Source of the DNA: a virus
IMG/VR virus record: IMGVR_UViG_3300033143_002031
Location: 120,745 to 184,744 of that record
DNA length: 64,000 nucleotides
Direction: 5' to 3' (one strand)
Shown here: piece after piece, positions 17,461-25,821 of the stretch
Numbering within the stretch: position 1 is the stretch's first letter
Layout of the letters: every line of letters starts with the position of its first letter
The notes under the pieces: generated by a model
Databases searched by the model: none
The model's input: only the letters and a program-made list of their open reading frames with translations
What the model was told of the DNA's origin: nothing
Translations under genes and position numbers: made by a program

Positions 17461-18654
17461 ATGTCACTGGACTTCAACACCGTCTACAAACTCAGGCTCG
17501 GGAGCGACCCGGCTCACCCCGAGATCGTCATGGCTCCTGTGCCGCTCCCTGCGGGGAAGGGGTGGTGGGTCCGTCGCACCTCTCCAGACCATCCGGAACG
17601 CATCCTCCGAGGCGACACGTTCGAGGGGGAGGGTGGGAAGGTCGTCGTGGTGACTAAGGACGGCCCAGCCACCTTCGAGCCTCTGACGCTGGACCTGTGG
17701 AAGGGGATGAACCCTTCCGATTCCTCCCACCTGCCGTTCGACTCGGATGGCGATTTGCAGGAGTTTTACTGGCACGATTGGATGACGGCCTCGGAGGAGA
17801 CCGGGGTGGGGGACATCGACTCGATCTCCAAGGCCCTCGCCATTCAGTACGGGGCTGAGATACAGGAGGGCCGTAAAGCCAAGCCTGGCGAGGTCCACCA
17901 GTGGAGCGACGGCTCCTACCTGAAGCTGCGCGATGGCACCTGGCAGAAGATACCCGGCACGGAGCCCGCCGCCGAGGGCGCGGAGATAATGGCCGAGACG
18001 ATCACGCGACTGAATGGGATGGTCGGAAGCGGCGAGTTGGCTCCCGGGATGGACATTCAGGACCACATCGACCAGGCCCGTGGCGTCGTGGACGCGCATA
18101 GGAAGGGTGTGGTCGCGTTCGGCGCGAAGCTGGAGGAGATGGCCGGGGGTGGCGCGAATGTCCAGGGCCGGGTGAAAACTCTCGGCTCGGTCCTCGGGAA
18201 GATCGCTACCAAGCCGCACTGGTTCAAAAAGGCGGATGACGTGCAGGACGGCACAGGCTACCGGATCATCCACGACAGCCTAGACGACGTGACGCGCTCC
18301 GTCGGGAAGATCAAGAAACAGTTCAAGGTGAAGGCGGAGCGGGACTACATCTCGAACCCGCAGGGCAGCTACCGATCGCACCACCTGATCGTGGAGGACG
18401 AAGACGGCCTGGAGAAAGAGATCCAGGTCCGGACGCGCCGGCAGCACGAGATGGCGGAGTGGTCGCACGACGTGTTCAAGCCACGGACGTCAGAGCAGAA
18501 GAAGAAGGTCGACGCCAACCGCAAAGAGATCGAGAAGACCCAGGCGAAGATTGCCGAGTGGGCATACGAGAAAGACAAGGGCAAGGACCCCGGCCCCCAG
18601 CCGGAGTGCCCCGAGCAGGTGTCCAACGCAGTCGGGTGCCGATCACTAGGGTGA
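17461..18654 (+). CDS. RelA/SpoT-family small alarmone synthetase with N-terminal extension
   Basis: All synthetase motifs present: GRVKTLGSVLGK, DGTGYRII, DYISNPQGSYRSHH, EIQVRT, QHEMAEWSH; no hydrolase domain. Confidence 0.9.
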   Translation: MSLDFNTVYKLRLGSDPAHPEIVMAPVPLPAGKGWWVRRTSPDHPERILRGDTFEGEGGKVVVVTKDGPATFEPLTLDLWKGMNPSDSSHLPFDSDGDLQEFYWHDWMTASEETGVGDIDSISKALAIQYGAEIQEGRKAKPGEVHQWSDGSYLKLRDGTWQKIPGTEPAAEGAEIMAETITRLNGMVGSGELAPGMDIQDHIDQARGVVDAHRKGVVAFGAKLEEMAGGGANVQGRVKTLGSVLGKIATKPHWFKKADDVQDGTGYRIIHDSLDDVTRSVGKIKKQFKVKAERDYISNPQGSYRSHHLIVEDEDGLEKEIQVRTRRQHEMAEWSHDVFKPRTSEQKKKVDANRKEIEKTQAKIAEWAYEKDKGKDPGPQPECPEQVSNAVGCRSLG

Positions 18655-18659
18655 GGACG

Positions 18660-18884
18660 ATGGCGAAGAAGACAGACATGGAGAAGCGGCTCGAAGCGAA
18701 GGCGAAGATGATCCCGAAGGAGGGGTTCAACCTCGTCGGGTTCGACGACTTCGAGGAGCCTGGAGATGAGCTACACCTGGCGGCGCGATTCGACACGCAC
18801 GAAGAGGCCGACGCCGCCATGAAGAAGCGGATGAAAGACGACCCGAGCCAGCGCTTCTTCATCTACGGCCCCGACGACCACTAG
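18660..18884 (+). CDS. small hypothetical protein (candidate antitoxin/regulator of the synthetase)
   Basis: SD GAGGA, ATG 5 nt after the synthetase stop; 74 aa. Function inferred from position only. Confidence 0.65.
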   Translation: MAKKTDMEKRLEAKAKMIPKEGFNLVGFDDFEEPGDELHLAARFDTHEEADAAMKKRMKDDPSQRFFIYGPDDH

Positions 18885-19130
18885 CCATGCCTGGCACGTC
18901 CGTGTTGGCTGCGATCGTCCCTCCTCGCGTGTGGCTGCGACGGAGTTTGTGACCGCCCTCACCGACAACGGTATCGAGGCTCGCGTCGTCGGGCTGTGGG
19001 CTGCCAAAGTGATGACTCCGCTGGGGCGTGAGAGCAGGGTTGCGGGTGCGCTCGTAGCTGCTATTCTGTCGGTCGATCTGAGGCGTACTCGCGCGCACGC
19101 GAAACTGCTCGGGGTGCGCCTGCTAGCCCT

Positions 19131-19203
19131 TGAAATAAACGGATGCCCTTCAAGAGCAAACGTGGTATAGTCCCAACTATGGATGTTGGGAGCGATCACT
19201 CCC
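19131..19203 (+). promoter_or_regulatory. extended -10 promoter flanked by inverted repeats
   Basis: TGGTATAGT 19163-19171; TCCCAAC/GTTGGGA 19171-19191; TTGAA/TTCAA 19131-19153. Confidence 0.5.
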
Positions 19204-19223
19204 AAGGATAAGGAGATCGGACG

Positions 19224-19685
19224 ATGGCTGATTCAAAAGTCGCAGGTGTCGCCGCAGCCGTGAAGAAGGCCAAGGGGAAGCCAGTGAAGAAGCGCGGCGA
19301 GGCAAAGGCGAAGCCCCACAAGGTGACCAAGCCGAGGAAGAAGAAGGCCGCCGCGAAGAAGGCGCCCCCGAAGAAGACTGCTGAGAAGAAGACCCCGACG
19401 AGCGGTCAGAGCGCTCCGTCCATAGAGCTTTCCACGGACGGTCTCAACACGAAGGAGGACAAGGTCTTCGCCGCGCTCAACGGCCCCGGTTCGGGCGTGC
19501 GGACGATCCTGACCATCGCGGAACTGTCGGAGACGTGCTTCAAGTCGCGCGGGAGGCGGCAGGCCAACTCGTGGACCCGGAACTCGCTTCGGCGCCTCGT
19601 GCAGGCCGGGCTCGTGGAGAAGGTCGCACGTGGCAAGTACCGCGTGTCGGAAGCCGGCCGTAAGAAGCTGGCCCGCGCCGCGTAG
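19224..19685 (+). CDS. Lys/Ala-rich (histone H1-like) N-terminus plus winged-helix DNA-binding protein
   Basis: KKAKGKPVKK...KKAAAKKAPPKK then LNTKEDKVFAAL...NSLRRLVQAGLVEKVARGKYRVSEAG; SD AAGGAG. Confidence 0.75.
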   Translation: MADSKVAGVAAAVKKAKGKPVKKRGEAKAKPHKVTKPRKKKAAAKKAPPKKTAEKKTPTSGQSAPSIELSTDGLNTKEDKVFAALNGPGSGVRTILTIAELSETCFKSRGRRQANSWTRNSLRRLVQAGLVEKVARGKYRVSEAGRKKLARAA

Positions 19686-19687
19686 TC

Positions 19688-21484
19688 GTGCTGGACTACG
19701 ACTTCATCACGCGAGCGGACGACCTGAACCGCGTCGCGCAGGACGTCCTACAGGCCGACGTCCTCGGCCTTGATATCGAGACCACCTCCCTAGACCCTCG
19801 CTACGGAGACATCCGTCTGGTCCAGTTGGTCGTGCCCGGGGTGGAGAACGACGGGCGCGGTCGCATCTACGTCATCGACCTCTTTCAGACCAAGACTCTC
19901 GGCCCTGTGCTCGAAGCCATGCGGGAGACCTCCGCAATCTTCGTGATCCACAACGCCAAGTTCGAGCAGAAGTGGATGTGGTGGAAGTTCCGCCTTCGCA
20001 TCTGGCCGGTGTTCTGCACGTTCCGGTCGAGCGCGATCACGTACAACGGGAAGAAGGGGCTCAGGCACAACCTTGACTCCGTGATCATCCGCGAGTTGGA
20101 CGAGCACCCGGTGAACGTCGGGCAAGGGAAGTCGAACTGGTCCGGGACGCTCAACCAACAGCAGAAGGACTACGCAGCCGAGGATGTTTTGCGTTTGCTC
20201 CCCCTTCGGGTGGCTCTGAAGAAGAAGCTGACGGAGTACGGGCTGCTCACCACCGCGCTTGTGGAGTTTGGCGTGGTGTTCGCGGAGTGCCGGACCGAGT
20301 TGAATGGCTTCGCCCTCGATGAGGAGAAGTGGACCACCCTCGCGAAAGCCAACGCGGCAGCGCGATTCAAGTCCCGCGAGGAGCTACTCTACGAGCTACC
20401 GCACCCGAAGGACCAGATGGCGCTGCCGGGGATGAGCGGGCAGTGGAACGTGGACTCGCCGCAGCAGATGCTCGCTTCCCTGAAACGGCTCGGCCTGAAG
20501 ATCGAGAACACGCCGGAGATCGTCCTCGCGCAGCACGCGGGTAAGTATCCCCTCGTGAAGAAGGTGCTCGACTACCGCCACATCGCACAGCGCGTCAAGA
20601 CGTTCGGAATGACCTTCTTGCGCCATCTAGACGAGGACTCCCGTGTCCACACGGAGTACTTCGGGCTGCTCATTACGGGCCGCTACAGCGCGAACAAGAG
20701 CATGCACCAGATCCCACGGGCGCTGGAGTTCCGGGACTGCTTCGAGGCGCCAGAGGGGCGTAGGCTCACGGGAGCGGACTACTCAGGGATCGAGATGCGC
20801 CTGTGTGCTGAAATCTCCGGGGACCCAGCGCTGACGCAGGTGTTCATCAACGGGGAGGACGCGCACAGGGCGACAGCGGCAGTCATCATGGACATGGACC
20901 CCGACAAGGTGTCCAAGGCCCAGCGGCAGAACGCGAAGCCAGTGAACTTCGGGTTCATCTACGGAATGATGCCAGACAAGTTGGTCCTCTACGCCATGTC
21001 GAACTACGGTGTGGCGTTGACGCCCTACCAGGCGAAGACCTACCGCAAGCGTTACTTCGAGCGCTACGCAGGGGTCGAGCAGTGGCACCGACGAGTGCTA
21101 CGAGACGGGCAGCGCAACGGCTTCTCTCGGACGCTCTGTGGGCGCATCCGCTACCTGGACCCGCATGAGGCGTTCAATGAGTTCTACAACACCCCGGTGC
21201 AGGGCTCCGGAGCAGACGCCCTGAAGACCTCGCTGGCGATCGTGCAGGACGCCATCGACAAGCGCTTTGGGGTCACCTCACCGGAAACTCCTGATGGTCC
21301 CGTGAAGATCGTCCACCACGTCCACGATGAGATCATCCTGGAAACGGACGACACCCATGAGATGGTCGCGGAGGCCGAGAGCCTGCTCAGTGAGGGCATG
21401 GTCGAGGGCATGGAGAAGTTCGTTCACCACGTGCCTGTGGTCGTAGACGCCTCCAACGGAAAGTCATGGGCAGACATTCACTGA
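19688..21484 (+). CDS. polA: family A DNA polymerase with 3'-5' exonuclease, no 5'-3' exonuclease
   Basis: LDIETT, HNAKFE, YAAEDV; motif A ADYSGIEMR, motif B RQNAKPVNFGFIYG, motif C VHDEI. Confidence 0.95.
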   Translation: MLDYDFITRADDLNRVAQDVLQADVLGLDIETTSLDPRYGDIRLVQLVVPGVENDGRGRIYVIDLFQTKTLGPVLEAMRETSAIFVIHNAKFEQKWMWWKFRLRIWPVFCTFRSSAITYNGKKGLRHNLDSVIIRELDEHPVNVGQGKSNWSGTLNQQQKDYAAEDVLRLLPLRVALKKKLTEYGLLTTALVEFGVVFAECRTELNGFALDEEKWTTLAKANAAARFKSREELLYELPHPKDQMALPGMSGQWNVDSPQQMLASLKRLGLKIENTPEIVLAQHAGKYPLVKKVLDYRHIAQRVKTFGMTFLRHLDEDSRVHTEYFGLLITGRYSANKSMHQIPRALEFRDCFEAPEGRRLTGADYSGIEMRLCAEISGDPALTQVFINGEDAHRATAAVIMDMDPDKVSKAQRQNAKPVNFGFIYGMMPDKLVLYAMSNYGVALTPYQAKTYRKRYFERYAGVEQWHRRVLRDGQRNGFSRTLCGRIRYLDPHEAFNEFYNTPVQGSGADALKTSLAIVQDAIDKRFGVTSPETPDGPVKIVHHVHDEIILETDDTHEMVAEAESLLSEGMVEGMEKFVHHVPVVVDASNGKSWADIH

Positions 21485-21499
21485 CCAGGAAGTTTGCCA

Positions 21500-21528
21500 T
21501 TGACTATCCTCCACCTTGCTGGTAGTGT
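21500..21528 (+). promoter_or_regulatory. sigma70-like promoter for the thyX-rpsU cluster
   Basis: TTGACT, 17 nt, TAGTGT with TGG immediately upstream of the -10. Confidence 0.6.
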
Positions 21529-21548
21529 CGCGTGCTTGGGAGGGAAAC

Positions 21549-22196
21549 ATGCCTGAGTTGATTGCCCCGCAATACGTCATCCTGGAGTACCCCGAGGACG
21601 CGCACTTGCGAATCGAGCGAGCGGCGCGCATCTGCTACAAGTCCGAGGACAAGATCACGGAAGGGTCGGCCGAGAAGCTGACGCGCGGGCTCATTGAACG
21701 ACGGCACTACGCGATGGTCGAGTTCGGTGGCTGGATCGTGGTCAAGTTCTTCTCCAACCGGGGCTTCACCCACGAACTGGTTCGGCACCGGCTATCCTCG
21801 CTGGCGCAGGAGTCAACGCGCTACTGCAACTACTCGAAGGGGAAGTTTTCCGGAGCGATCACCTGTGTCGATCCCTCGGCCATGCTGGAGATGAAGGTCT
21901 CCGATCCAGGGAAGCGGGCTGAGTTCAAGGCCGACATGATAGAGTCCTGGGCTCAGTGCGAAGCGAAGTACATGAGCATGGTCGAGTGTGGGTGCCCGGC
22001 GGAGATCGCGCGAGAGGTGCTCCCCATCGGCTTGAAGGCGGAGATCGTCATCGGCGCCAACGTGCGCGAGTGGCGGCACATCTTCTCGCTACGGTGCTCG
22101 AAGAAGGCCCACCCCCGCATGCGCGAACTGATGCTCCCGCTCCGTGAGGAGCTACAGAGCCTCGTCCCCGTTGTGTTCGATGACCTCGGAGAATAG
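21549..22196 (+). CDS. thyX: flavin-dependent thymidylate synthase
   Basis: IERAARICYKS, HELVRHRLSSLAQESTRY (RHRx7S), NVREWRHIFSLR. Confidence 0.95.
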   Translation: MPELIAPQYVILEYPEDAHLRIERAARICYKSEDKITEGSAEKLTRGLIERRHYAMVEFGGWIVVKFFSNRGFTHELVRHRLSSLAQESTRYCNYSKGKFSGAITCVDPSAMLEMKVSDPGKRAEFKADMIESWAQCEAKYMSMVECGCPAEIAREVLPIGLKAEIVIGANVREWRHIFSLRCSKKAHPRMRELMLPLREELQSLVPVVFDDLGE

Positions 22197-22478
22197 ATGA
22201 GTTACGACGATCAGTACCCCCGTGCGGTTCGAGAACCATCTCCACCCCACGGCGAGCGCGATCCTGTCATCCTGAAGCCGGTGGAGGTGCTGGTCACTGA
22301 CGGCAAGTTGGACAAGGCCCTCCGCAAACTCACGAAGAAGATGGCTGCCGAGGGGGTCCTGAAGGAACTGAAGAAGCGCCGCCGGGCTACCAAGCCAAGC
22401 GATCGGAAGCGGCGCAAGCGAGTGGACGCGGCTCGACGACGCAGGAAGCGCGCACGGGCTGCTGAGAAGAAGGGGTAA
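22197..22478 (+). CDS. rpsU: phage-encoded ribosomal protein bS21 with N-terminal extension
   Basis: VEVLVTDGKLDKALRKLTKKMAAEGVLKELKKRR...KPSDRKRRKR...ARRR matches the bS21 pattern. Confidence 0.85.
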   Translation: MSYDDQYPRAVREPSPPHGERDPVILKPVEVLVTDGKLDKALRKLTKKMAAEGVLKELKKRRRATKPSDRKRRKRVDAARRRRKRARAAEKKG

Positions 22479-22484
22479 GTCGCG

Positions 22485-22964
22485 ATGGATAACGACAGGA
22501 AGGGCAACGACAGGCCGCGCAATCCCATCGACCACTGGGAGACGGTGGAGATGTTGCACAGCGATCTCCAGAACGTGGGTAAGGATGCCCTTGGACTCGT
22601 GATCGAGGTCCAGCGACCTGTGTTCGAGGGCGGACGCACGGGTCACGTGGCGATGGGTGTCGTCCTGAAGCGGGGAGAGCGCATGCTGCGGTTGAAGTGT
22701 CATGGCGGAGAGACCACGGAAATCTCCGCTCTCCGCGAGATGCTCAACCGCCTGGACGACGCGAAGCTGGACGAGACCAAGGATCGCTTTGCGGAACTGC
22801 GGAAGGAGCACGACCCGCCCCCGCGCCCGCAGCGACAGGAACGAGGTTCCGGGCCGAGTAGGGTGGGCGGCGGGGCCGGCGGTCTCGGCCAGTTCTCGGC
22901 GCCTGGCAAGACGGCGCGGAAGCGCGAGAACAAGGCGAAGCGGGCCAGGGGCGAGACGGTATGA
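22485..22964 (+). CDS. hypothetical protein
   Basis: Fills the gap; ATGA coupling to the next gene. Confidence 0.65.
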   Translation: MDNDRKGNDRPRNPIDHWETVEMLHSDLQNVGKDALGLVIEVQRPVFEGGRTGHVAMGVVLKRGERMLRLKCHGGETTEISALREMLNRLDDAKLDETKDRFAELRKEHDPPPRPQRQERGSGPSRVGGGAGGLGQFSAPGKTARKRENKAKRARGETV

Positions 22965-23254
22965 AGGAGCACGACCTCAAGACCTGGCCCCGGGAGTTTG
23001 CTGCCGTCGCTGGCTGCGCCAAGCGGTTCGAGTATCGGAAGGACGACCGAGGCTTCGAGGTCGAGGACGTGCTCATCTTGCACGAGTGGGATCCAGCCGC
23101 CGGGGCGCAGTTCGGTACTGGCGGCGAGTACACCGGGAGGGTTCTGCGAGCGCACGTGACCTACATTCTCCATGGTCCGGACTTCGGTGTACCTACGGGC
23201 TACGTGGTCATGTCCATCCTGCCTGACCCGCTGGGGGAGCCGTGGGTAACATAG
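22961..23254 (+). CDS. DUF3850/ASCH-like protein
   Basis: HDLKTWPREFAAV...KRFEYRKDDRGFEVEDVLILHEW...YTGR...VTYIL. Confidence 0.85.
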   Translation: MKEHDLKTWPREFAAVAGCAKRFEYRKDDRGFEVEDVLILHEWDPAAGAQFGTGGEYTGRVLRAHVTYILHGPDFGVPTGYVVMSILPDPLGEPWVT

Positions 23255-23484
23255 GCGAGGACGTCACTCTGGCTGAGATGCACCGCCAGCACGCCGACGC
23301 CCTCCGGATCATTGCCGAGCTACGTGAGCGTGCGGAGAGGGCCGAGCGCAAGGCGGCACGCTGGAAGGAACTGTACGAATCCTCTCTGGCGATCGTCCGC
23401 TGCTACCAGGCCGAGCGGGAGAGTTTGCTGGCTCGCGTGCAGGCCGCGCTCCTCGGAATCGCCTCCGCCTCCGACTCTGACTGA
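23242..23484 (+). CDS. small coiled-coil hypothetical protein
   Basis: GTG start overlapping the previous gene; heptad-like sequence. Confidence 0.55.
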   Translation: MGNIGEDVTLAEMHRQHADALRIIAELRERAERAERKAARWKELYESSLAIVRCYQAERESLLARVQAALLGIASASDSD

Positions 23485-23538
23485 CACCTACACTTCTCCA
23501 CAAATCGACAGAGCGCCGATCTTTTTTCACGTTTGCTC

Positions 23539-23567
23539 TTGACGCCGTCGGCTGGCTCGTGCATGAT
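23539..23567 (+). promoter_or_regulatory. sigma70-like promoter
   Basis: TTGACG, 17 nt, CATGAT, following a T-rich tract at 23522-23527. Confidence 0.5.
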
Positions 23568-23611
23568 GGGGTTATCAGGTCGCGGTTGCTACCGCGAAGG
23601 AGGAAGCGCAG

Positions 23612-24286
23612 ATGAGTCTCAGTAACTACACCGCTCTCAAGAACGTCGACATCCACGCCGCGCCCCCGTGGGCAGCCCTCATGTTGGGGGCGATCCCGCG
23701 CATCGAGGCCGACGCGAAACGCTGGCGCCAGGCCGCGCACGACGTGGCAGTCGCGAACGGTGTCGGCCCGAATGACTCCGTGTGCAGACCCTACTTCAAG
23801 CGTGCGGGTCGGCTCGACAAGCGTGCGAGCATGTTGGCCATGGGCGCGGCTCTCGAAATCGCCGGGCGCGACGTGGCGAACCTGGACGCGGAGATCCTGT
23901 CCTGCTTCACCAAGAAGGGGCGCCACAAGAGCGAGACGATCATACGGCGCCTCTTCAAGGTGTCTTGCTGGCTCGAATATGAATGGGAGCGCACGATCGA
24001 GAAGCGCCTCCGTCGTCTGGTGAACGAGGGTCGGCTCTGGACGGACTACGGCCGCACGAGCGACACCCTTTACCTGCTTCCGACTCCCGAGCGCGTCGCG
24101 GCGGAGGCGGCGGAGAAGGCGACCCATGCGAAGCACGACGCACTCGTGAAGGTGCGCAAGGCCAGGCAGGCGGCCGTGATCGATCTGCTCAAGTCGAAGG
24201 GCTGCGAGAGCCCGACGAAGCACCGCTACGACGACGAGCGCGTGACCATGAGCGTGAGCGACCTGGAGAAATTGCTGGGCCTGTAG
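23612..24286 (+). CDS. hypothetical protein
   Basis: SD AAGGAGG; typical codon usage. Confidence 0.7.
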   Translation: MSLSNYTALKNVDIHAAPPWAALMLGAIPRIEADAKRWRQAAHDVAVANGVGPNDSVCRPYFKRAGRLDKRASMLAMGAALEIAGRDVANLDAEILSCFTKKGRHKSETIIRRLFKVSCWLEYEWERTIEKRLRRLVNEGRLWTDYGRTSDTLYLLPTPERVAAEAAEKATHAKHDALVKVRKARQAAVIDLLKSKGCESPTKHRYDDERVTMSVSDLEKLLGL

Positions 24287-24298
24287 AAGGAGGGTAGG

Positions 24299-24976
24299 AT
24301 GCCGAGAGTCAACCAAGTGAAGCGGAGCCAGAAGGACCAGGGGGCGTGCGGGCGCTGCGGGAAGGCGCTTCCGAAGGGCTCGCCCTACGTGTGGATCAAG
24401 TTCCGCCACGGTGGCCGGCGTATCCGCTGCACCGACTCGGCCTGCCGGTTCCGTCCGAGCGACCTCACGCAGTCGAAGATGAGCGGTGTCTACGCGGCGC
24501 AGGAGAACGCCGAGGACAGCATCGGCGACCTGTGCAGCGTCGAGGGTATCAAGGGCCTCGCCGAAGAGACGGCCGACTCGATCGTGGAGGTCGCCGAGGA
24601 GTACCAGGAGAGCGCGGACAGCATTCACGACTCCTTCTCCGAGTCGACCACGGCGGATGAGTGTGAAGAGAAGGCCGAGGGCTTGAATGACTGGGCCGAG
24701 ACGATCCGCGACTCCGTGAGCGACTTCGCGGACGAGTTCGAGCCCACCAACAGCTTCAATGCGGATGGGGACCGCGTGTGCTCCGAGTGCGGCAGCGAGG
24801 TCGAGGCGGACGCCACTTATTGGATGTGCTGCGACACCATAGGGTGCGGCGCGCACGACGACATCGACCCGAACGAGGACACGGAGCCGCGCGACGACGA
24901 GGAGCGCACCCACGAGGAGTGGGTCGAGGCCGCGCGGGATGCCCTCAACGACACCCTCGGCGAGTGCCCCTGCTAG
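24299..24976 (+). CDS. hypothetical protein with Zn ribbons and an acidic helical region
   Basis: SD AGGAGG; CGRC and CSEC pairs. Confidence 0.7.
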   Translation: MPRVNQVKRSQKDQGACGRCGKALPKGSPYVWIKFRHGGRRIRCTDSACRFRPSDLTQSKMSGVYAAQENAEDSIGDLCSVEGIKGLAEETADSIVEVAEEYQESADSIHDSFSESTTADECEEKAEGLNDWAETIRDSVSDFADEFEPTNSFNADGDRVCSECGSEVEADATYWMCCDTIGCGAHDDIDPNEDTEPRDDEERTHEEWVEAARDALNDTLGECPC

Positions 24977-25095
24977 CCCCTCCCCCGCGCGCCCGCGCAA
25001 CCCCCTCTCCCTGACCCCCTGACAGCCCCTCTAAGCCCCGCAAGCCCGGACAGCCCCTTGGTAGGGCCGGAGCCCTACGAGGCCCCGGAGCCCCT
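24975..25095. repeat. C-rich, ~9-nt-periodic AGCCC(C) repeat tract upstream of terS
   Basis: AGCCC at 24975, 25024, 25034, 25043, 25052, 25071, 25089 plus variants; strong C/G strand asymmetry. Confidence 0.7.
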
Positions 25096-25134
25096 CAGAG
25101 CGCTGCTAGCTGGCTCTCCCTGCCAGGTTGCCCT

Positions 25135-25812
25135 ATGATGGTCAAGATGGGTAGAAAACGATCCAGCGGGAAGCCCCCCGGCCGGAGCACCCGATTCAAG
25201 AAGCTGCGAGCCCTCGCGTGCTACCAAGAGGTCTACGAGCGCATTTGCGCTGGGTGGCCTCTCGCGCAGGTGGCGCGGTTCGTCCAGGAGGAGCGGCGCG
25301 AGTACACCGCAATCTCTTGCCACGGGCTCGAACAGCAGTTGGCCGAGTTCCGGAAGGAGATGCCTCCAGGGGACCTTGTGCAGAAGCGGTTTCCGGAGGT
25401 CTTCGACGAGGCGAAGAAGAAGGTCGAAGAGGGCATCGACGAACTGGTCGAACTGGAGGAGCTATACCGAATCCAGATGCACCGTGTTGGAGTGGACTTC
25501 GCCACTGAGAAGGGGATCGGAAAACTCATGCCGTCGATGACGGGAGAGATCCGAGAGGCCCGGAACATCTTGAAGGACATGGCCGACCTGAAGCTGGAGA
25601 TGGGCGTCCTCGGTCGTGCGCCTCGGGGTGTGGATGTCAACGTCGGTGTCGAGGTGGAGGCTACGCTCTCCGAGAGCGTCCTAGCCAAGTTCGGTGACGG
25701 GGCTGTCGCGAAGGTGTTGGAGGACCCCGAATCACGCCGGAAGGTCATGGGGGTCATGGAGCGGTTTCTGCGGTTGCCAGAGGGCACCAAGCCTCCCGAA
25801 GGGTCCAACTAG
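25135..25812 (+). CDS. terS: probable terminase small subunit
   Basis: Directly upstream of terL; N-terminal HTH-like segment followed by helical region. Assignment mainly positional. Confidence 0.6.
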   Translation: MMVKMGRKRSSGKPPGRSTRFKKLRALACYQEVYERICAGWPLAQVARFVQEERREYTAISCHGLEQQLAEFRKEMPPGDLVQKRFPEVFDEAKKKVEEGIDELVELEELYRIQMHRVGVDFATEKGIGKLMPSMTGEIREARNILKDMADLKLEMGVLGRAPRGVDVNVGVEVEATLSESVLAKFGDGAVAKVLEDPESRRKVMGVMERFLRLPEGTKPPEGSN

Positions 25813-25821
25813 GACCACCGC

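Noticed and set aside
18931-19170. 79-aa ORF between the SAS cassette and the histone-like gene
   Set aside because: No clear RBS, atypical composition, and it runs into the downstream promoter; left uncalled.
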